Shown here one piece after another: positions 1-13,000 of a stretch of DNA of 64,000 nt. The stretch covers positions 62,001 to 126,000 of IMG/VR virus record IMGVR_UViG_3300032242_002454. One strand, 5' to 3'. A program made the position numbers and the translations under genes. The notes below the pieces were generated by a model. That model was not told the DNA's origin. It saw only the letters and a program-made list of their open reading frames with translations, and made no database searches. How positions within the stretch are numbered: position 1 is the first letter of the stretch; each line of letters begins with the position of its first letter.

Positions 1-1003
1 CAGAACCCAGTTGAGAAATCAAGCAATTAAATCCTAAAGACAGGTTATCACTAAAGGATACATTGATAGCACGAATATTATTAGTAAAAGTCAATACTTT
101 ACCATTATCAGCTTGAGATATGGTATAGCCAGACGAGGATATTGTCTGCAATGATGCTGAGAATCTTGTTAATTCACCATCTCCGAGAGATTGAGTTCCT
201 GTAAAGCTATTCCCTCCATTTAGTTTGGCAAAAATACCGGATGACAGTGTCGATATGTCTCCGAGACCTAAAGTAGTTCGTTGAGCAGAGGCCGATGCGT
301 CATTAATTAGTAATTTGCCAGCATCAGTTATAGATATGGTTCCATATTTATCTACTCCTGTACCACAGATAAGTTTATTTTGAATAATAGAAAGATTGCT
401 GAGTTCACTAAGTCTACTATTATAAGCCTGTACATTTGTACCAATTGTTAGTCCAGTGACTGATATAGTTAAAGTATTCAGATCCTGGTCTGCATAACTT
501 AATTGAAGATTATTTCCGGGTTGTAATAAATTAGCTACCCTATCATCTACTGACTCATTAAAATTATCGATTTCGCTTGAATTGTGATGGTGTCCTAACT
601 GAGAATATTGAGAACTTAAACTATCTGATGAAATACTGATAGTTTTAGTATTAGGAATAAATGAAACAACAGTACCTCCAGCGCCCTCAATATTAAGAGT
701 ATCATTTTCTCGAATAGTAATAGTACCAACATTCAGTTTGGTTAGACCAGTTCCCGGTGGTCCCTGTAAACCCGATGGCCCAATTGGTCCGGCTGGACCG
801 CTTGGACCGATTTCTCCTGGCAAACCGCTTGGTCCAGTTAATCCAGTCAAACCTCTTTCAACATAAACAACGCTTACAGTATTGTCAAAGCCATCTATAA
901 TATTTAAATTTGTAGTAATAATTCCAGTACTATCAGAACCATCAGTAGACTGATTAATTACTAAAACTTTTTGAGATGGTGGTATTATATTAACAGTAGC
1001 CAT
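1..1003 (-). CDS. Collagen-repeat tail fibre/adhesin protein (runs off the window edge)
   Basis: Hand-translated: ATG at 1003, open to base 1 (~334 aa). Contains a Gly-X-Y run (GLTGLTGPSGLPGEIGPSGPAGPIGPSGLQGPPG) plus NFNESVDDRVANLL and ASAQRTTLGLG modules shared with the 24609 and 18766 fibre genes. Confidence 0.8.
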   Translation of the reverse strand, partial: MATVNIIPPSQKVLVINQSTDGSDSTGIITTNLNIIDGFDNTVSVVYVERGLTGLTGPSGLPGEIGPSGPAGPIGPSGLQGPPGTGLTKLNVGTITIRENDTLNIEGAGGTVVSFIPNTKTISISSDSLSSQYSQLGHHHNSSEIDNFNESVDDRVANLLQPGNNLQLSYADQDLNTLTISVTGLTIGTNVQAYNSRLSELSNLSIIQNKLICGTGVDKYGTISITDAGKLLINDASASAQRTTLGLGDISTLSSGIFAKLNGGNSFTGTQSLGDGELTRFSASLQTISSSGYTISQADNGKVLTFTNNIRAINVSFSDNLSLGFNCLISQLGS

Positions 1004-1018
1004 AATTAAATACTATCC

Positions 1019-4000
1019 TTATGGTGAAGTTAAGTTTACTGTTTGTGTATCAAAACCAGTATCATCATATACTTTAAGACTAAAATTACTAGTATTTCTC
1101 CAATCATATCCTATAGAATTAATACCAGATAAAGTAATAGAGAGTCTGTCTGTACTACTGTTATAGTTATCGGTCATATCTTGAATATTTAATTTTCGAG
1201 TAAAGTTACACATATTGCCATTGATTAAGATTTCTGGAGTGTTGCTATAAACAGGTCTTAATCCTCCCTCAATTTCAAAACTAAGACTCCATGCTCCATT
1301 ATTTTTACTAATATTAGGATTAGGCAATATGATCTGAATAGGTTTATTGATAAATAATGGATATTCTACTGTATATTTCTTTGGAGTTAAACTTGTTCCT
1401 GAAAAAGCTGGTAGGTTAGGGTTTTCTAAAGATATCATTTTATAGATATAGTCTTTATATAGTCCAATTGGAGTGCCACTCAAGCTAAATCTCCATTCTC
1501 CTTCTTTATTCGAATAGGCAATATTTCTTATTTGAATTTGATCATAGTAATTTTTTCTCAAATCATAAAAACCAGAAACAAACAATCCGCTCATAAAAGG
1601 ATAATTACTAGGCCCACTAAAAGAAGCAGTCAGCGTTGTACTATTACCACCTACAATAGATAGCTTATAATTAGAGGGTAAAATGCTATTATTTTCAGTA
1701 GATGCAGAACTACCATCTAATATATCAATATAATCTCCAACACTATAAGTAAGATTATTGTGATTGATAGTAACTGTTCCATTGTTAACTGATTGTATAA
1801 CACACTTATCAGATGCTATTACTAACCCCGAAACAGAAAGTCCTTGGCGCTCAAAAGGTAGACTAATTGTATTAGCATATGTATTACTTAATACTATACC
1901 AGTTGAAAAAGATAAATCGCCACTAAAGGTAAGTAAAACGTAATTATTAGAATCAAAACCTGCTGGAAGAGATATATTAATTTTTTGTCCATTAACACCA
2001 CCCAAAAACCCAGAGTGTTGATATGTTCCAATTAATACTTTATCATTAAGTTTTTTCTGTAGTATGCCAGTAAATGACGGAGCATAATCATAAGATCTCC
2101 AAACGGTGTTATTTGGTAATTGATAAAAGGGTACTTTTTGACTTCCTCCACTATATGGAATATAGCCACCTATAGCTCTAATTGAATAACCAGATATTGG
2201 AACTCCACTCAAACAACTAATATTATTCCTAATACCAGTCATAATTATAGGAGGAAAGCTAGTTTGCGTAGGATTATCATCTCTATTTCCTCCTTTATGA
2301 ACCCAAAAATATTCGTTTTCTAAATAAGGAATAGCATTATATTTATAGGTTGGAAATTTTTCAGGCGTATTATTTAAGAAAATTGAAAATACAGTACCAG
2401 AATTAAGAATATTATTAAATTGAATTGGGGTTCCATTGGTGGTACCTGCGGCTATACTGGGAACAGTTCCACTAGCTATAGCTATTCCGGAAACAGCATT
2501 ACTAATTAAATAATTAATAGAAATTGATCTATAATTTGCAGCTAGATCTCTTTCATATGCAGAATTACCATATGAGCAACGACTCAATACTGCATATGGT
2601 TGATTGTTATATGCAAATGGAGCAACATCGAATGATGGTGGAGGAGCAGGAAGTTCTATTGATGGTTTTGGAATTTGCATACCACTTAATCTAATATATC
2701 CTGTCTCCCAACAATTAGATGTTTTGACTGTAAAAACAGAAGGATCAGCAGAATATTGGGGAATAGATGTTATAACTAGACCTGTGAATAATGAATCATT
2801 AGTATTAAAAACACCAGATAATGGTATATTAGCAACAAAAGATGGTTTAATTCTACCGTATAGTCCATATGATGTTGATACTGTATTTCCAAAATTTATT
2901 GGTTTAAAGCTTCCACAACCCATGATTCCGTTAGCAGTGTTTGTGTCTACTGTTCCATTGAATGGCTGTAAATTGCTTGTTCCATAAGAAACCTGACTAG
3001 ACTTAACAAGTCTACCTGTTCCTGTTGTCAAAATATTTCCAGGAATAGTTATATAGCCAGAACCACCAATAGTTTGTACTTTATATCCTTTATTAAGAGA
3101 ATTAGAAGGATTATTATCAAACTCAAAATAAACATCTGATGAAGAACTAATATCTATTCTTGTATTTGTAATATATACTCTAGAATTACCTCCACCACTA
3201 TAGCTAAAAGTAGAGGTCTGACAATTAGAGTGTGGTAAAATACTGGTACAGGTTAGTGATATTGGGTCAGATGGTGGCCAATACGTGCTAATAGAGCCTC
3301 CATCTAGAGCTTTGCTTCCTGATGGTTGTTCTATACCTCCAATATTGTTTGATTTAGGAGTATAGGCTGGTTTTTCATTTTCAAAATAAACAATAATATT
3401 AAGAGGAGATGCGGGGTTTGCTGTGGAAATATCAGTGAATGTTAATTGTTTACTATCTGATTTATTTCTGGCATCATAAACAGTAAATGTAAATTTTTCA
3501 CTATATAGACCACCACTAGCAAAAGTTTGTGGAACTCCATAGACTCTTAATGTTCCGCTAGATAAATTATTCCATGGTGCTGATGGTGATCCTCCAGGAA
3601 AACTAATACTATAGTTTAAACCAGAGGGTAATGATCCACTCACTATCCATCCAGTAATACCAGTAGGTATAGGACAAGCTCCTCTATTTTTGATACCAAA
3701 ATTATAGTATCTATCAATAGCTACATCTCCACACTTAGGATATAGTTGGATAGGATTTTGAGCTTGCTGTAATGGAGCTTCTACGATTTCTGGAGCTGGG
3801 TGGGTTGCTCCAATCGAATCTAAAGTACTATATAATATAGAAGCATATGCTATATCAGAATCCAAATAAATATTTTGTGTAGTATCAGTATCTATTGCTG
3901 TAATACTAAAAGATTTTAAACCACTTATATTACATAGAGGAATACCAACAAAACCAAAATCCCATTTCTTATTAAAATTATCCCATTTTTTGCTAGAAAA

Positions 4001-7000
4001 ACAAGAATTTTGTAACTCTGTGGCAAATTTTGGATCATATCCAGTACAAGGAGAAGGTAGTCCAGAAAATCTTATAGTTGGAGGATAATTAGGATTAGAT
4101 AAACCACCGCTGGTACTAAAAGTTATAGACCATGCAGAACCTTCTGTAGCTCTATAGTAGGGATCTACTACATTAATTATTTGTAAAGGCTCCATAGCAG
4201 AAGATAAAGAAGAAATAGTATTACTATCTAGCTCTATTAAATTTAGTTTTGCAATACCATATAATTTATCTGTAGAGATACCTTTACAGTTCAAAGAAAT
4301 AGAGGATGTTGTAGAATCTCCTAGAGATGTATTTAGGTTACTAATAGATAAATCCACATCCCACTTATCAGTAATAGGACTTCCAGAATAAGCATATTCC
4401 CATAGTTTTAAATTAGAATCATATTTATTATACCATTTAGTTAGATTAATTGTGCTTTCTTTTAATTCTCCAGGAATGCTTACTGATGGAGCACTGGTTT
4501 CACTAGTCGGTTCTTTAACATCTATTAAAGATAAATATGGATTATTAGGAGTACTATAAATAATATTTTTGATATTATCCAAATAAGGAGATCTAGTAAA
4601 TAAAAGTCTAACAGTCTCGTAGTTTGTAGAATAGTCATCCTCTGCATAAATTTTAACTAGATATTCACCAGTAGTTTTACGATATCTACCAAAAGAATCT
4701 TTTTTAGCAAAAGCTATAAAATTCCATTTTTTTTCTATATCATCATATGAAGAAATAAACAAATATTCTAATGGTTGAGTATCATATGATCCTATTGTTG
4801 GTAAATTAGATAATCTAACTCTAGGAGGTTTATCTGGACGAAATGCTCCTATACCATTATCTACTTTAAATTGAATAGCCCATGGTTCTTCAATGTCAAA
4901 TGTTAATGGTTCAATAAGTTGAGTTTTATTAATTTGTAAATTAGTATACAAAGTGAAATTAACAGCTTTATTATAACTATATCTAGTCCAAGTAGTTGAA
5001 CCATCACTTCCGTATGTTGGTTGTGAAATATTTATAGTTATATTTTGAGAGCCATAATACCCAGCAGTTCCATTAACTGTAGCTTTAACTCTATATCTTT
5101 TAGAACTAGTGCTATATTCTATAACAGGAGTAATAGTATAATGACTATTTTGTGCAAATGTTACGACTAAATTTGTATCGCCAGTATTAGTATCTGATGG
5201 TACATAAAAGACAAAAGATTGACTATTTCCAGTAGTAATATTTAAATAGATATCATCATCTAGATTTTGTGGTTGTATGCTATATGGTACTGATGCAGTA
5301 AGAGGAAGAACCGTTATGATTCCACTTTGTGACGATAGAACCTCAGAAGTTGCAAAATCTCTAATAGTAATAGTTGGATGGAAAACTCCAGTAACAGACC
5401 CCGCAGGGCCAGCTAATATCTTAACATTTTCACTATTATCTAGTGTTTCGTTGTATAAATAAGAAGAACTACCGGGATATCCACTAGCAGTTATGGTTAT
5501 TGGTGTGCTAGGTAATTTCTTGATATCATATGGAAGAACCCATTCTGAGCTATTCTGATATGCATATACTGGTATTGGAAATTTTATTTCTGGTATAACT
5601 TTAGAAGTTAAAAATATGTGTGTTGATACTGATCCGGTTTCATCTGTAGCTGTTAAAGTAATATCTTTATGATCAACTATTTGGTTAATATTTTCTATAA
5701 TAGCTACTATTGACCATTTTTTAGTAGTTGTATTATATGTCATATTGGCAGAATCTATATTATATGTACCAACCCCATATATATTGATTCTTGGAGCAGT
5801 TAGTGTCAGGTCGTTGCTCCACTTTCCTGCCCCATCAGAAAGAGTAAATCTTAAATAAATTGTTAATTTATTAGAGGGCAGTGTTAGTGTTTCATTTTCT
5901 CCAATAGTAGAGTATGAAGAACCATTATCAAGTGAATATTCTATCTGAAAAATTTTGATAGTATCTGGAGGAAGAGATATTAGTTGTGATTGATTTATTC
6001 CATTAAAAGTTACGTTATAACCACCAAAAGTATTGATGTTTTTATTAAAGTGAACCAAATGTTTCCATCTCTTTGATCCATTATTGTATGAATTAATGTA
6101 GGAATCTACTAAATTATTAGCTATAGATACTTGTGCTGAAGAGGTGACAAAACTATTGTCTCTATTAGGGGATCTATTTGATTTAATATTAAAGTCGCTA
6201 TCAATTAGATAAACTAGTCCACTTCTACTAAAATAATTCTCATTGTATGGTATATTTATAGTAAAGGTATTAGAATCTATTTTATCTACTACATAGTATG
6301 AACCATTGATTTCTGAACAATCATCAGAAAAATCAAAATATAGTTTTTTATTGATACCTAGTGGTTTAATATATCCTGAAACATTATTTGTTTCAATAAA
6401 ATTAGGTATTGATCCTAAATCATTTCTATCAATAGCATCTGGAATATTATTAAAAACAGCATTACTAAATGGAGTAATTTTAATACATAAAGTACCAGAC
6501 ATGCAATTAGTACTATTAACTCCAATAGAATATATACCAGTCACTGGATTAGGAACTACCTCACCAGAAGGATCCATAGGCCAAGACGCTGTGGATCCAC
6601 CATATGTATGATAATAAATATTATTGCTAAAGGGAATATTACAATATCCTGATACTGATCCTATAAAAGATAGAGTTCCTGTTGTTGGAAGAGTATCTGT
6701 TAATGTAAGACCAAGAGGATTTGTGAATCCATATTTTTTAGGAAATGATAAATTATCTAGGATAATACTATCATTACCATTAATATTAATACCAGAAAAG
6801 GCAGTATTCCTGGAGTTTGAATGAGTAACACGAATACTTTTACTGACCCCAGAACCAAAAGCAGGATTATTGTTATATTGCAGAATAGTGAGTTGGTCAC
6901 CAATATTTAGATAACTCCTAGGAGTAGATAAATTATCTATATAGATGGTATCTCCATTATAAAAATAGTTATTGGAATGTTTTAGACCATAATAACTATT

Positions 7001-10000
7001 TAAACAAGCAATATCTTTTGTGAAAATCTTAGGTAAACCACTAGTTGTAATAGCGTATGTTTTTGTTGCATTTTCACCATAATTTGGAATAGTGCTATCT
7101 AAAATTAAAGAATTGTCTGGTGTTATTCCTGTTGTAGCAATATTGTATAGATCAAAATAACAATAGACTGGATATCTCTCTGTAGTATATACAATTTCAT
7201 TGCTAGAATTTAGAGATGGAACAATGTGTGTGATGCATCCAGAGGTGGCCCTAATTTCTAAAATATCTCTAGGATATGTAGAAGAATTTAGGGTGATAGG
7301 AATTTTCATAGCCAAAGAATATGGTCTTGTGTGGTCTGTTGATAGAGCATATGGGAATGGACTACCAGAAGCTTGAGCATCAGCAGGGTTAATTAAATTA
7401 GCATGTAATATGCTGCTAGTATTAAATAAAATAGTTGTATTAGAAGATGTTCCATTAATAAGCTTAATGGTTGCTTGACTAGGACTGATAGATAATGTTT
7501 CAGAAGCTGATCGTGATGGTCCGCCAACATATGCTGGGGCAAAAGTATATGTTTGTGGATAGCCTCCTATACCACTTACTGTATAAAAATAACAATATCC
7601 GGAAAGACCAATAGATCCTGCACTACATCCCCTAACTATATAATTTTTAGTATAATCTATCCCAGTACCAGGAGTAGAAGAAGTAGCAAAGGTATAAGTC
7701 AAAGCTGGAGATTCTATAGTGTTTTGATCCAAAGCTATTGATTCTAAAGTGTGAGTATTTACTGTATGATTAGCTATTGTAACTCCATTAACTAAAGAGT
7801 TATTAGAGTATAAATTAACACCTGAAAATAATTGAATATTCCATAAAGACGATCCGCAATATCTTAAGATTTTAGATCCTGGAGTAGCTGTAACGTCCAA
7901 TATAAAACCATCGTCTATTCTATCTATAGATATAGGAAGCTTATAGTCTATGTAATAGGGAGATCCATTAGAAATAATACTATTTCTTTTCAGAAATGAT
8001 GTAATATTATTTTTGTCTATGTTAAATATGCGATTAGAATTATGAAATACTGTACCATTAAAATTAAAACCATTAGTTCTATATTCAGCTCTAATAGGTT
8101 GTTCAAAATATTTAGGAGAATTAATTTCACTTAATAGATAATTTTGAGAGTCTTTGACTATAATTTTATTGCCAGTAATATCTATAATATCGAATAAGTT
8201 ATTTTTAGGAGCTCTATTTGTATTACTAAGTATTGGATTGCTAAACTGAATAGGTATCTGATTAATATTACTTGAATCTAGAATTTTAAAACCATGGTTT
8301 CTGTCTAAATTAACTAATACTACTCCAGTTGAATCAAGAGCTATTTCTGGATATAAATGAGTATTATGCACCAAAAAATTATTATTGTTCAAGCCACTAA
8401 TGTTAGTATAAGTGTCATCTAATGGAACAGAACCATAGCTGCTATTGATAAAATTCAAAAATGTACTATGTTCATTATTTTCTAAATATGGATTTTCTGG
8501 TAGTGACAAACTAATTTCACTTTTACCAACATTAGTATAAAAATAAACAATACCAGTCAAATAATATCCAGGAGAAGCTGTATATTCATTAGTTTCTGTA
8601 GAAAAACCATATGTGTGATATTGGGATACTGTGGTTGGACAACGACCAGAAGTTACTGTAGAAGAAAAAATTTGAAGACCAGATGGATAGTAGTTATCAT
8701 TGTGTGGTTTAGCTCCACTGTAAGTAACCATAGCACTTACAATACCACTACCAACAAAGGTATTATTAAGAACAAAACTTCTACCTAAAGTATTGACAGA
8801 TATCCCTACGGGGATAGTTTGTGTACCAGTAAAGGGTAAATTTAAAGTAATAGAATTTGAAGTCAAACTCACAACACGAGACTCAGGATTCCATCCAGAG
8901 AGAGAAGAGTATAATTTCATACCAGAGAACATGGATCCAATAGGAGATGGTGAACAACCACTGATAATATATCCACTATACTGAGTAAAACCACTTATAG
9001 AAACCGGAGCTACAACACCAGAGATTGTAGCATAGGGCAAACCGGTATGTGAAGTTGAAATTGCTAACCCCGTAACCAGAGCATAAGGATCCCCGTAAAG
9101 AGTTGTTGTGGGGTACGCTTGAGAGTAAGAACCACATTCACTAATCACATTACTACCACTAACTAAAACACCATTAAAACTATTAGAAGCAGTACTAAAC
9201 TCTAAATAAGGAGAATAGCCTCCTATAGTAGACAGAGTACCAATAGTTGTACCTATTGGCAGATTTTCTGCTATAGTATTATTTGATAATAATATATTGG
9301 TTAAATTAAAAGAATAGTTTGAAGAATTTAAATGATCATTATCGTCCTGAATAGCAGCACCTGTAATATCTCCAATAGTAATTATAAGTGGTTTTTCTGT
9401 TATTCTATCAGATCTATCAGTGCTTCTTACTCTAATTTTATAAGATGATTTTGTTTCATAATCAAAAGACTGAGCACTTACTAACTTATCATTTTGTATA
9501 CTAAAAGAAGAATTATCATTACTTCCTTCTCCACAAACTAGAGAATAAGTAAATGGGGCAGATGGTAGGTCTATGGGGCCTAGTTCTTTATTAAAAACTG
9601 TGATTCTACTGGTTCCATTAGATGCTTGATATTGTGTATATATTCCTTCATATACATTAAAAGTACTAGCAGATCTATTATATCTTGCTTGATAGTTTCT
9701 TTTTGGAATTAATGTCAAAGTACCAGAATTAGTGCTTGCTGGAGTAGCTATTACCGGGGTTCCACTAAAATTTGAAGTTAATCCAGAAACAAAAATACCT
9801 ATTGTTGGAACACCACAGTAGGTAGTATCTATAACCCCACTAATATTTGATATATTTTGGTATCCATATGTTCCTAAATTAAATTGAAAAGTTTTTGTAG
9901 TATCAAATACATATCTACTATATTTATCTAATTTACAAAATCCAATATTATATATGGAAGATCCTAGATAAGTTCCAGTAAAACTAGGAGAGAAAGTAAT

Positions 10001-13000
10001 AGTATCATTTGTTACAGAGGTTATGATACCAGTTTGTATCAAACTTGCAGGATATTTATCTTGATCTGGTCCAAAAGAAATAAACATACCAGAAGCCAAT
10101 GATCCAATAGGGCTAGTGAATGGATTTGTTAAAGTATTACCATTGGTATAAATATTTCCAGAAATTTTGATTGAATTTAATTCTTCGGTCTCCTGTATTT
10201 TATTAGGATCTAAAACAAATAGGCTATTATTAACCATATAGCCATTCCACGAATGTTCAGATACTGTAAAATTATGTTTATCTATGATATCAATAGCCTT
10301 ATATTTTTTAGATAATGGTCTATAAATATATCCAGATACCATGTTTAAATCTACTAAACAACCAGATACTAATCCGTGATTATAAGATTTTACAAATATT
10401 TTTGTATCAGAAGAATTTTGATAAAACCAACCATCTGAATATGGTTTATTTAAAGTGACTATAACTTTACCATCATTAGTTTTTTCATATGCTCCTCCCA
10501 AAGTTAAATATTCAGGAGTATATTTATATAACACTTCTGTATTTTGTGGAGCAAGTGTGTTTGTTGGTAGAGGTGTTCGGGAAACATCTAAGTTTTGTAT
10601 GGTGTTTGTTTCATCTAAATCCAAGAGATAATGATAATAATGTCTTCTATATTGAGAATCATTGTAAATTTCTTGTTTATTAGGAGACCTAAGAACCCTA
10701 GTAGTATTTCTTAATATAGTAATATCGTTAGGATCTCTATATGTCATATTTTTAACAAGACCACTATTGAAAACAAATAAAGCTGCTCCGGTTCCAGCTG
10801 CCTTGTTTAATAATACTTCTATATTGTATGCAATAGTCTTATTTTTAGGAATAGATATATTGGGTGTCATTGCTACCCAATTACCATTAGTTTGAGAGCC
10901 AGGAAGCCCAAGAGCTATGGTAGAGTATTGTCCCTGAGCTATTGTATTATTAGAATCTGTCTCAGAAAAAGCTCCAAAACTAAATTGATTACTAGCCCAA
11001 GTATAACCATAATTACCAGCAGCTATAGATTTATCTTTAAGAGTTTTAGAACCATAATTTAGAGCAATACTATTATCACCAGATACAATATTATTAGAAC
11101 CAATAGCTAAACTTGAGTCTTGATAGATCTTATTGTTTGATCCAGCAGCTATAGAGTTATTAGATAAGAATGATCCGCTATTTGAATTACCTACATATAA
11201 ATTAGCATCATTATCTATGATAATTGCTGTAGTATCTGCCTTTTGCCTAATAATTGAATTACTGATAGTGCGACTAGGATCGGCTGTTCGACTATCAAAT
11301 CTTGGTATGTAGTCTGCTGTCCCATCTAAATTATCAAACTCGACTTTATTATAGCTAAATAAACCAGTCATATTAGAAGCATCAGTATAGTAAATACCAT
11401 GATTACCATCTAATAGATCTGAATTAAAATTATATACAAGTCCAGTATTACTTCCCACATAAAGAGGAGGAGCTGTTTGTCCAAATGATGGCAATATAGA
11501 AATGTATTCATTAACTGTTATTCTTTTCGCAAAAGTTTTTATGCCACTAACTATCTGATCATTTATTCTGCTCACATAAGAGCTGTCTCCAACACTACGC
11601 AAAAGAACAACGCTAGTATCTCCTGTTATATTACCCATTAGATAAACAGAATCTGCATTACCGCCATCTATATCATCTCTAAATGCATTAGATGAACTAC
11701 CTCCATTAATATTTCCAGTATCACTAGTTATATCAGTAATTAGCCTTAGTTCTTTATTCGATGGATAGTATGCTAATATACCGGTTCTTAGTGTTGCTCC
11801 ACCATACAGAAAACTAAAACCTCTAGGCTCACTAGGTAAAATAATTGAAGAATTTGTTCCAATAGTTGGTAAATTATCTTTTATTAAAAGTTCATCTGCA
11901 TTTAAATTAATATTACCATTAACTTGTAGAGAACCATTTATAGTATCTCCAGTAGTGCTAACTGGGCGATAACCTAAAGCATTAACAATATCAAAATAAT
12001 TATTATCTATTCCATTGACAACGATACCCTTATTATTTACTGTAACTTTAGTAAAAGTACCAGCTGTGGTTTGTATCGGTAATGAATTTGGATTAAGTGT
12101 ACCTGTCTGATTGCCTAAATCAAAAAAAGCAGATGCGTGTAATCCATCTAATAGATCAGCATCTAATCCAGAACCAGAACCATCATTACCAGGATGCCAA
12201 GGAGTATATCCTAGTATACTTAATATATCAGAGGAACTTAAACTACTACCTGAAATTACTCTACCTTTAGAGTCTGTTGTAATCTTACTATAAGTTCCTG
12301 GTGTTCCAGTAGTAGACAAAGATATAGAGGTATTCTCTACTAAAATATCATTAGAACTGCCAATATTAAGAACAACTGAACCAGAAGGCAGATTTACTAA
12401 ACCACCTCCAGTTAGTCCTGATCCAGCAATTATGTCTATTTTTGTTCCGCTTAATACTATACTACCAGTATTTAGAGGAAAAGAAGATATCTTGGATCCA
12501 TCATAATATAATAGCTTATTACTAGTAAAGACTTGATTGTTTGTTCCACCCTTAGCAATAGGAACAATTCCATCTATATTACCTAAACTTAATTCTACTT
12601 TACGAACTATAGTATCATCAACAACGATCTGATTAGTACCATTAATAGAAAGTCCATCTCCAATATTTGCTCCTAAAGTAACTGTGTTTCCTGTGGCACT
12701 TTTGTATAAACCTGATCCATTAATAACACCAGTAATAGCAGCACTACTATTGATAGCATTGAGTAAAGAATCTACTGAGTATGGAGAACTAGATAATTTA
12801 GATCCATCAAAATAAATAATATTTCCACTATTAAATGTAGTATTATTAGTTCCTCCACTATTAATAGGTAATTTATCAAAAACTATTCCATCTTTTCCCG
12901 GTGGACCTTGTGGGCCGGTAAGGCCAGTATCTCCTTGGGCTCCTTTTTCAATAGAAATTAAATTTACTCTACTAAGCCTAGTATCAGAGATTACCACATT